A stretch of 24,000 nucleotides of DNA, from the NCBI GenBank assembly GCA_963776815.1, contig CAVZNZ010000012.1:865909-889908 (forward strand), read 5' to 3'. Origin of the DNA: an uncultured Gammaproteobacteria bacterium. Lineage in GTDB: Bacteria > Pseudomonadota > Gammaproteobacteria > Steroidobacterales > Steroidobacteraceae. Position numbers and translations under genes: made by a program. Of this stretch, positions 16,427 through 24,000 are shown in pieces (the first letter of the stretch is position 1; each line of letters begins with the position of its first letter). The notes beneath the pieces were generated by a model that made no database searches, had not been told where the DNA came from, and saw nothing but the letters and a program-made list of their open reading frames with translations.

Positions 16427-18109
16427 TCACGTCCACAGCACTCGCTTGCCGCTTGCGTACCAGCCCTCCACCTGCGAGGCCACCACGGACTCGATCCGCG
16501 CGCGTTTCACCTTCATCGTCGGCGTCAGGCAGCCGTTCTCGATCGACCACGGCTCGCGCACGACGACGAACATCTGCAGCCTCTCGTAGTCCGCGACCTC
16601 GGCGTTGACCTGCCGCAGCAACTGCTCGAGTTCGCGCTCGACCTCGTCCCGCACCGATTGCTCGCCCAGGTCCTTGCGGATCTCCTCCGCGAGGACGACG
16701 AGCGCATAGGCCGCGGGCTGGCCGACGCCGGAGACGAGCGACAGTTCGACCATCGGGTGCGCGTTGATCCGGTTCTCGATCGGTGCCGGCGCCACGTACT
16801 TGCCCTTCGCGGTCTTGAACAGTTCCTTCGCGCGGCCGGTCAGCCGGAGCATTCCGTCGGCCCGTCGCTCGCCGAGGTCGCCGGTGCGGAAGAATCCATC
16901 CTCGGTGAACGAGGCCGCGGTGAGTTCCGGCTGCTTGAAGTAGCCGCTGAACTGGCCGGGCGACCGGATCAGGATCTCGCCGTCGTCGGCGAGACGCACC
17001 TCGACGCCGGGCAGCGGCACGCCGACGTACCCGGGCTCGCTGAAGTCCGCGTTCGACGTGTGCGAGTACGCGCTGTCCTCGGTCATCGCGTAGCCCTCAT
17101 AGAGGCGCAGCCCGAGGCGTCGATACCACTGGATCAGGTCCGGCGGGATTGGCGCCGAGCCGCTGCCGGCCATCGCGACTTCGCTCAGCCCGAGCCCGCC
17201 GAGCACCTTGCGTCCAACGATGCGGCCGATGATCGGGATGCCGAGCAGCCGGTCGAGCCGCTGCGGCGGCATCTTCGCGAACACGCCCTGCTGGAACTTG
17301 AGCCACAGCCTCGGCACCGAGATGAACAACGTCGGCCGGGCGCGGCGCAGGTCGTCGACGAACGTGTCGAGCGACTCGGCGAAGTAGACGCGAGCGCGAC
17401 CGTCCACCAGCGATGCGGCCTCGACCCACGAGCGCTCGAACGCGTGCGCCAGCGGGAGATACGAGAACAGCCGACCGTCCTCGTCGCGTCCGAGGCGACG
17501 GCGCACTTCCGCGGCGATGCCCTCCGCCGCGCGAGTGATCGCGGCGAACGTCACCATCACGCCCTTGGGTTGCCCGGTGGAGCCGGACGTGTACAGCAGC
17601 ATCGCGAGCTCGTCGGGTCCGCGCCGCGGCGACCGCCGCGAGCGGCTCGGTGCGCGCGACGATCGCGTCCCAGGCCTCGAAGTCCGGTGGGCGGTGCGAG
17701 CGGCAGCGCGATGCAAGGCAGCGACTCCGGCACGCCGTGTCTTCTGCTGTGGCCACGTGTCGAGCTTGCCGACGAAGAGCAGCGTCGCCTCGCTGTGCTC
17801 GAGCACGTAACGAACGGTGCTCGCGGTCTCGGTGGGGAAGATCGCAACCGTCGTGCAGCCAGCCATCCAGATCGCGAGTTCTGCGACGATGAAGTGCGCG
17901 CAGTTCTTCGACAGGATCGCGATCCGGGCGCCCGGCGGAATGCCCATGGAGCGCAGGTGAGCCGCCATCCGGCTCGCCTCGTCGACGACCTGCGACCAGG
18001 TGAGGTCGACGACCTTGCCGCCGCCGATCGGCTGCGTGAGATAGATCCGGTCGGGGTGCCGCGACACATGGTCGAGCACGTAGTCGAGCAGCAGCCGTGG
18101 CTGATTCAC
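16427..18109 (-). CDS. AMP-dependent (long-chain) acyl-CoA synthetase/ligase; the ORF stays open, but an internal stretch of about 45 codons is read out of frame
   Basis: The GTG at 18109 is preceded by GGGAGA. The AMP-binding motifs are YTSGSTGQPKGV, EGYAMTE, TGDLG and KELFKTAKGKYVAP. Residues of about 124-170 (TRRAGVAALHRAAARTAHRTS…) are low-complexity. The expected sequence appears in the other two frames (GVPESLPCIALPLAP, then DFEAWDAIVARTEPLAAVA). Confidence 0.85.
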   Translation of the reverse strand: MNQPRLLLDYVLDHVSRHPDRIYLTQPIGGGKVVDLTWSQVVDEASRMAAHLRSMGIPPGARIAILSKNCAHFIVAELAIWMAGCTTVAIFPTETASTVRYVLEHSEATLLFVGKLDTWPQQKTRRAGVAALHRAAARTAHRTSRPGTRSSRAPSRSRRSPRRGPDELAMLLYTSGSTGQPKGVMVTFAAITRAAEGIAAEVRRRLGRDEDGRLFSYLPLAHAFERSWVEAASLVDGRARVYFAESLDTFVDDLRRARPTLFISVPRLWLKFQQGVFAKMPPQRLDRLLGIPIIGRIVGRKVLGGLGLSEVAMAGSGSAPIPPDLIQWYRRLGLRLYEGYAMTEDSAYSHTSNADFSEPGYVGVPLPGVEVRLADDGEILIRSPGQFSGYFKQPELTAASFTEDGFFRTGDLGERRADGMLRLTGRAKELFKTAKGKYVAPAPIENRINAHPMVELSLVSGVGQPAAYALVVLAEEIRKDLGEQSVRDEVERELEQLLRQVNAEVADYERLQMFVVVREPWSIENGCLTPTMKVKRARIESVVASQVEGWYASGKRVLWT

Positions 18110-18154
18110 GTCGGTCTCCCCCCGTCGCGCCGCGTGCGAAGCGGCGCTGGCTCG

Positions 18155-19873
18155 TCAGCGCCGGAAAAAGCGCAGCAGCGGCGTCAGACGCAGCGGACGG
18201 CCGTGGCCGAACCAGTGCCACGCCAGCAGTGTGCCCCAGCTCGCAGTCGCCGCGATCGCCAGTACCGCCGCAGTGAGCATGCGCGGCGTCGAAGCGGTCG
18301 TCTCCGGCATGGCGATCGCCGTCGCGATCGTGGTCGCCGAAGCGAATGCGGCGAGCGTCAGTCGCCCGCCGAGCGCATGCAGGCGTCGCGGCACGTCGTC
18401 GAGCTGCGGGGTCACGGCGCGGACCATGATGTTGCCGGTCTCGAAGTCGTGCATCAGCTGGTCGATCTGGCCAGGCACCGTGCGCAGCATCGAGCCGATG
18501 CCCGAGGCCTCGCTCATCATGTTGCCGAGGATCCGCTGCGGCGACAGGCGCCGCTGCACGATGTCGTCGAGGAACGGCCGCGCGATGCCGATCAGGTCCA
18601 CGTCGGGATGCAGCGTGCGGATGATGTCCTCGAGCGTCGCGGCCGCCTTGCGCGAGGATCGACATTTCGCGTGGCGAGCTTGATCCGGTAGCGGCCGGCC
18701 GCCTTGGCGAACTCCTCGATGAACCCGGCCGAGTCGTACTCGCCGAAGTTCTTCGACCACCAGGTGCTTGGAGCGGATCCGCTCGATGTCGGCCTTGAGC
18801 TCGTTCAGGTTCACGCGCTGCGTGGGCGTGCCCATCTTCAGCAGCAGCCGCGCGACGGTCGTCGAGTCGTTCGAGATCGTCGCGATCATCAGCGTCACGA
18901 TGTCGTCGCGCTGCTCGGCCGAGACCCGGCCGACCATGCCGAGATCGATCATGCAGACCGTGAGATCATCGTCGTACAGCAGGTTGCCGGCGTGCGGGTC
19001 GCCGTGGAAGACGCCGTCCACGAACACCTGCTTCAGCGCCGCATGCACGATCTCGTTGACCACGGCCTGCGCTTCGGGGCTCTTCGGCTCGAGCTTGCGG
19101 ATGGGCCGGCCCGCGAAGAACTGCATCGTGAGCACGGTGCGCGTCGAGAGTTCCGGGTGCGGGCGCGGCACCGCGACCTTGCGCTCCGGGTCGAGGTTGC
19201 GCTGGAACTCGAGCAGGTTCGAGAGTTCCTCGGTGAAGTCGAGTTCGCGGATCAGGCCTTTCTCGAATTCCTCGACGATCGACACCACGCCGAACAGCTG
19301 CATCTCGTCGATGCTGGCCTCGAGAGCCTGCGCCGCGAGATACAACAGGTCGAGGTCCGAGCGCATCGTCGTCTCGATCCCGGGCCGCTGGACCTTGACC
19401 ACCACTTCCTCGCCGTCCTTCGTGCGCGCGCGATGCGTCTGCGCGATCGACGCGGTGCCGAGCGGCTCCTCGGTGAACGAGGCATACAGGTCCTCGAGCC
19501 TGCCGCCGAGGCTGGCCTCGACCTGCTCGCGAATCGCCGTGAACGGCAGCCGCGGAGCGTTGTCCTGCAGCGTCTCGAGCGCACTGATCCAGTCCGGCGA
19601 GAACAGGTCCTTGCGCATCGACAGGATCTGCCCGAGCTTGATGTAGGTCGGGCCCAGTGCCGCGAGCAGCTTCGCGAAGCGTACCGGCGCACTCTGCTCG
19701 CGCAGCGACGCGTCGCCTTCGGGCGCCTTGTCGAACAGCCGGCGTCCGAGCGGCATCCGCATCAGCAGCGGGCCGAAGCCGTGCTTCGCCACGATGACGG
19801 CGACGTTGCGCAGGCGGGCGAGGTCGCGCACGGCGACCCCGACCAGCGAAGGCGATTCCCGGGTGGCGTTCAT
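18155..19873 (-). CDS. ABC1/UbiB-family atypical kinase with C-terminal TM helices; the ORF stays open, but an internal stretch of about 35 codons is read out of frame
   Basis: The ATG is at 19873. The sequence contains FAKLLAALGPTYIKLGQILSMRKDLFSPDW…PLGTASIAQTHRA…VVVKVQRPG…GVFHGDPHAGNLL…IDLGMVG. The segment EELRRVRLGRVHRGVRQGGRPLPDQARHAKCRSSR should read KNFGEYDSAGFIEEFAKAAGRYRIKL / REMSILA, which is found in the other two frames. Confidence 0.85.
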   Translation of the reverse strand: MNATRESPSLVGVAVRDLARLRNVAVIVAKHGFGPLLMRMPLGRRLFDKAPEGDASLREQSAPVRFAKLLAALGPTYIKLGQILSMRKDLFSPDWISALETLQDNAPRLPFTAIREQVEASLGGRLEDLYASFTEEPLGTASIAQTHRARTKDGEEVVVKVQRPGIETTMRSDLDLLYLAAQALEASIDEMQLFGVVSIVEEFEKGLIRELDFTEELSNLLEFQRNLDPERKVAVPRPHPELSTRTVLTMQFFAGRPIRKLEPKSPEAQAVVNEIVHAALKQVFVDGVFHGDPHAGNLLYDDDLTVCMIDLGMVGRVSAEQRDDIVTLMIATISNDSTTVARLLLKMGTPTQRVNLNELKADIERIRSKHLVVEELRRVRLGRVHRGVRQGGRPLPDQARHAKCRSSRKAAATLEDIIRTLHPDVDLIGIARPFLDDIVQRRLSPQRILGNMMSEASGIGSMLRTVPGQIDQLMHDFETGNIMVRAVTPQLDDVPRRLHALGGRLTLAAFASATTIATAIAMPETTASTPRMLTAAVLAIAATASWGTLLAWHWFGHGRPLRLTPLLRFFRR

Positions 19874-19886
19874 GTCGCGTTACCGG

Positions 19887-22800
19887 TCAATACACCTCCG
19901 CGCGGGGTTCGTCGGCGCGAATGCCGAGGTTGCCGTAGCGATGGTAGTCGGTGCTGATGCTCTGCTCGCGCACGTACCAGAGCAGTTCGAGCCGGCCCTC
20001 GGCCGACACGGGCACGCTCACGACGCAGCCATTGGCCGCGTTGCCGGCCTGCAGCACTTCGAGCGACGCCCGGTCCGGGCGCGGCATAGCGGACGCGGTC
20101 CACCTGTCCCGCGCGCGATCGACCTGCGCCAGTTGCGCGTCGGACTCCTCGACGAACTCGATCGCGCCGGCCCAGGACTCCGTCAGCGCCTCCAGCCTCG
20201 CGACGATGGCCGACTCGAGCCCGGGCGGCGTGCTGATCACGACGCCGCAGCCGGCGACATGCGCCGCGCACGCGCGGGCGAAGACGTCGAAGGCAGTGTC
20301 GTCCGGATGCACGCGAACCCGCACGCTGCCGACCGGCAGGTAGCGCCGGACGTTGTCCTGGCCGACGAGCCGGAAGTGATCGTGCTCGACGCCGAACTCC
20401 TCGCGCTGGTTGCGTTCGTAGCTCACCGCCGCGGCGCGTATGCGCGCGTCGTCCCGGGTCGGGCCTGCGTCCGAGCCCGGCGCACAGCGCTGCGAGGCTC
20501 GGCAGTGCGCGGCGAACCGTCCGCCGGTGCCGTGGCCACGTCCTCGAAGTCCATGAACTGCGCGACGTAGTTCGGCCCGCCGGCCTTCATGCCCGGGCCG
20601 AAGCCCGACTTGCCCATGCCGCCGAACGGCTGGCGCAGCACGATCGCGCCGGTGGTGACGCGGTTGATGTAGAGGTTGCCGGCGCGGATGTGCTCCTTCC
20701 AGTAGTCCCACTCGCGCTCGTCGAGGCTCTCGAGGCCGCTGGTGAGGCCGTAGCCGGTCTGGTTCACGAGCGCCACGGCCTCGCTCAGCTTCTCGAACCG
20801 CATCACGGCCAGCACCGGGCCGAAGAACTCCGTCAGGTGCGTGAAGCTGCCGGGCCGCACGCCGTACTTCACGCCGGGCGTCCACAGGTACGGGTTGCCT
20901 TCGACCGGCTGCGGCATCACGGCCCATTCCTCGCCGGGCTCGAGCACCTTCAGCGCGGTCTCGAGGTCGCCGCGACGGCGGCCGGATCAGCGGCCCCATC
21001 TTCGTGTCGAGCTCCCACGCCGAGCCGACCTTCATGCTCTGCACGGCCTCGCACAGCGCGCGCCGGAACGCCGGATCGTCGTAGACCTCGGCCTGCAGCA
21101 GCAGCAGCGACGTCGCGGAGCACTTCTGGCCCGCGTGGCTGAACGCCGAATGGAGGATGTGCTTGATCGCCTGGTCGCGGTCGGACACCGCCGTCACGAT
21201 CGTCGCGTCCTTGCCGCCGGTCTCGGCGAACAGGCTCGAGCCGCGGGTTGTCGTTCAGCATCGTCAGCGCCGTCTCGGTGCCGCCGGTGAGGATGACGGC
21301 GTTGACCTTCGGGTGGTTGACGAGCTTGCGGCCCTCGCGTGCGCCGGAGCACGGCACGAACTGCAGCGCCTGCTTCGACACGCCGGCGCGCCAGAAGCAC
21401 TGGCACAGCTCCCATGCGACGAGCACCGTGTCGGAGGCCGGCTTGATGATGACCGTGTTGCCCGCCGCGAGCGCCGCGGCCACGCCGCCGCACGGAATGG
21501 CGATCGGGAAATTCCACGGCGGCACCACGACGACCACGCCCTTCGGCCGCGCCCGCAGCGACGGCATCTGCTGCCACCAGCGCGCCGTGTCGCGGTAGAA
21601 CTCGAGGAAGTCGATCGCCTCGGAAACTTCGGGATCGGATTCCATCAGCGTCTTGCCGCCGTCGGCCAGCGCCGCGCCCATCAGGTCGCCGCGCGCCACG
21701 CGCAGCTCCTGCGCGACGCGGCCGAGCACTTCGAAGCGCTGCTCGACCGGCATGGATCGCCAGCCGTCGGGATCGGCCGCGGCGCATTCGACGGCGCGCG
21801 CGATGTCGGCGCTCGGTCGCCTGCCGATAGCGGCCGACGACCACGCCGGGACGCGAAGGGTCGAGGCACTCGCGGACCGGGCGGCCGTCGAACATGTCCT
21901 CGCCGGCGATCACGAGCGGCACCTGCACCGCCGCGTCGCCGCAGCGCGGCTGCCACGCGGCGACGATCTGCTCGCCCCACTCGCCGTTCTGCGGCAGCGC
22001 GAAGTCCGTGTCCGGCTCGTTCTCGAGGTGCTGCCAGCCGCGCGCGAGTGCGGCGGGCACGGCGGGCGGCTGGTTGCGGTCCTGGTCGCGACGCGGCGCA
22101 TCGCTCGACCGTGTCGATCGCGTCGAACGCGGCGAGGAAACCCTGCTCCAGCTTGCTGCCACTCCGGGCTGTCGACCTCGATCTTGAACGCGTGGCGCAG
22201 GAAGTTCTCGGGCCCGGTGTTCTCGTCGAGCCGGCGGATCAGGTAGCCGATCGCGTTGATGAAGTTCTCCTTGCGGCAGGCCGGCGCGTACAGCAGCAGG
22301 TTGCGCGACAGCTCGAACAGCGCGCGGCGCTGCGCGTTCGCCATGCCTTCGAGCATCTCGAACTGCACCTTGTCGAGCGCGTCGCGCTCGTGCGCGAGCA
22401 CCAGGCCGTAGGCGAGGTCGAACAGGTTGTGCGACGCGACGCCGACGTCCATCGCGGCGAGGTTCTCCGGCTTCATCACCTCGTGGACCATGCGCTTGTA
22501 GTTCGCGTCCGTCTCGAGCTTGGTCCGGTACGGCGCCTGCGGCCAGCCGCGCGACCGAGGACTCGGCGCGCTCGCTCTCCATGTTCGCGCCCTTGACGAG
22601 CCGGATCGTGATGCGTCCGCCGCCCGCGGCGACGCGCCGCGCGCGCCCACGCCTGCAGCTCGAGCAGCGTGCGGTACGAGTCGGGGATGTAGCTCTGCAA
22701 CGCGATGCCGGCGCGCACGTGCCCGAGGCCGTCGCGGTCCAGCGTGCGCATGAACGCCTCGGCGGTGAGTTCCTTGTCGCGGTACTCCTCCATGTCGAGG

Positions 22801-23542
22801 TACACGAACTTGGGCACCACGGTGCCGTCCGGCCGCGTGAACCGCGCGCGATCCGCGGTGCGGAACAGGCGCTCCAGGCGATCGCACAGCACGCTGACGG
22901 TGTGCTCGCGTGCCAGCGGCGAGATCTGCGAGTACAGCGTCGAGATCTTGATCGAGACCACCTCGATCTCGGGCCACTGCAGGCCCTGCAGGTACTGCTG
23001 CAGGCGCCGCTCGGCCTCGGGCTCGCTCAGGATCGCCTCGCCGAGGAAGTTCACGTTCATCCGCACGCCCTCGGCGCGCCGCTCGCCGAGGTGGCGCGTG
23101 AGCATCGTCCTGCTCGCCGGGCAGGATGACGTTGGCGGTCTCCTTCTGCATGTGCTCCTTCACCAGCGGCAGCGCGACGCCGGGCACGAAGCCGCCGAAC
23201 GACTGGAAGCCCTTCATCAGCGTGCGGTCGATCGGCCCGAAGAAGCGCGGCACGCCCTGCACGTCGAGGATGTGCGTCAGGTGCTCCACGGCGCGTGCGG
23301 GATCGCTGGTGCGGAACGCCTGGTCGGTCATCAGCGCCAGCGTCGCCTTGTCCGACGGCGTCTGGAGCATCCGGTCGAGCTCGGCCTGCTGGCGACGCTC
23401 CGAGGGCGTCTGCAGCGCGCGCGCGCGTTCCTGCAGGCGGCGTGCCAGCAGCAGCGCTTTCTGCACGGTAGCCTGGATACCGCGAGGCCGGGTCGGGCAC
23501 GAACGCGTCTAGCAGTGCATGGAGCGAGTCTGTGTTGGGCAT
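19887..23542 (-). pseudogene. putA: Bifunctional proline dehydrogenase / L-glutamate-gamma-semialdehyde dehydrogenase PutA (about 1214 aa), split by about 11 +1 frame changes
   Basis: PutA sequence is collinear across ORFs 23057..23569, 21910..23466, 22476..23105, 21194..22582, 20950..21753, 19887..21197 and 20423..20947. Recognisable segments include MPNTDSLHALLDAF, IQATVQKALLLARRLQ, NVNFLGEAILSE, ITIRLVKGANMESERAE and APYRTKLETDANYKRM. Further segments are EGMANAQRRAL, PPWNFPIAIPCGG, FAETGGKDATIV, HAGQKCSATS, RQPFGGMGKSGFGPG and a C-terminal domain. The length of 3656 nt minus 11 equals 1215 codons. Confidence 0.9.
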
Positions 23543-23698
23543 GTCGGGTGACCGTGGAATGGGCGGCAAGGCCCGTTGTTCGTTCTGGGCAATGCGGACA
23601 GCGGATTATTCAGGAGGTTACACGGCCGCCGAATCGCCACAAACCGAGGGAGGGCAGGGCGGCAGGCGGCGTCCGCCCGGGGCCGGCTCAGGATGTGC

Positions 23699-24000
23699 CT
23701 AGTGACCCGATCCGAACAGGAACACGAGCGGCTGGTCGAGCCGTGCGCTCCACGCGTTCTCGCTGTGCTCTGCGCCTTCGAAGCGCAGGGTCCGCCAGTT
23801 CGCCGCCGTGTACCCCCGGTCTGCCATCACCGCGTCGGCCCGGGCCTGCAAGGGCGGATAGGCGGCGTCGAGCGTGGCCGTTCCGTGGTCGAAATAGATG
23901 CGGTGCGTGGCGGGGTCGGGCAGCGATTGGCGCATGTAGTCGAAGAACGCCTGCGGGACCGGGTTGTCCGCCGCGTCCACGGCGCCTGGCCAGTGCGTGG
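23699..24000 (-). CDS. Alpha/beta-hydrolase (putative esterase family), C-terminal about 100 codons; the gene continues past the window end
   Basis: The frame is open from base 24000 (…THWPGAVDAADNPVPQAFFDYMRQSLPDPATHRIYFDHGTATLDAAYPPLQARADAVMADRGYTAANWRTLRFEGAEHSENAWSARLDQPLVFLFGSGH*). The family call rests on general resemblance only. Confidence 0.5.
   Translation of the reverse strand, partial: THWPGAVDAADNPVPQAFFDYMRQSLPDPATHRIYFDHGTATLDAAYPPLQARADAVMADRGYTAANWRTLRFEGAEHSENAWSARLDQPLVFLFGSGH

Noticed and set aside
16658-19957. Plus-strand ORFs of 677 aa and 417 aa, and a minus-strand 522-aa ORF, overlapping the acyl-CoA synthetase and UbiB genes
   Set aside because: These are antisense or off-frame shadows. 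The exception is the short stretches of the alternative minus-strand frames that supply the frame-shifted segments described in the findings.
23657-23678. A GGGCGG…CCGCCC hairpin downstream of the esterase stop and upstream of putA
   Set aside because: The stem is short at 6 bp, the loop is 10 nt, and no adjacent U-tract is present. It is too weak to call a terminator or regulatory RNA.
1-24000. Genuine genome decay, or programmed ribosomal frameshifting, as the explanation for the frame changes
   Set aside because: Flanking protein sequence and codon bias are fully preserved. There are no nonsense codons or deletions. The direction is nearly uniform, junctions often sit in short homopolymers, and essential-looking genes are hit repeatedly. 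No slippery heptamer or pseudoknot pattern recurs at the junctions. Sequencing or assembly error fits better, but this cannot be proven without reads.
1-24000. A search for CRISPR repeats, tRNA or rRNA, IS elements or transposases, integrases, and toxin-antitoxin or defence genes
   Set aside because: I could recognise none by eye. There are no regularly spaced direct repeats, no cloverleaf-like conserved tRNA boxes in the intergenic regions, and no ORFs with DDE, tyrosine-recombinase or nuclease-type defence motifs.

Overview
The window is about 70% GC and looks like chromosomal sequence from a high-GC proteobacterium. It holds about 20 protein-coding loci. I recognise no rRNA, tRNA, CRISPR array, transposase or integrase. 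The long Arg/Ala/Pro-rich ORFs in the track are mostly antisense or off-frame shadows, which are expected at this GC content. Loci in order: a BNR/sortilin-like secreted protein (5' part, missed by the ORF track), a LolA-like protein, and a D-aminoacylase-family amidohydrolase. Next come an AlaX-type tRNA editing protein and a tightly coupled operon. The operon encodes a PgsA-like CDP-alcohol phosphatidyltransferase, a class V aminotransferase, PgpA, two or three unknown membrane proteins and a sulfotransferase. After that come a Baeyer-Villiger monooxygenase, an NlpE/META lipoprotein coupled to an SbmA/ABCD-type ABC protein with a degenerate ATPase domain, and a GH5 glycosidase. The remainder is a YfcH-type epimerase, an acyl-CoA synthetase, a UbiB-family kinase, PutA and an esterase fragment. 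Two observations stand out. First, the lipid-like operon at 3886-9712 matches no characterised pathway I know. Second, about 30-35 single-base frame changes interrupt otherwise well-conserved genes, and nearly all of them shift in the same direction. That pattern looks more like systematic indel error than decay. All homology calls come from reading motifs by eye; no searches were run.
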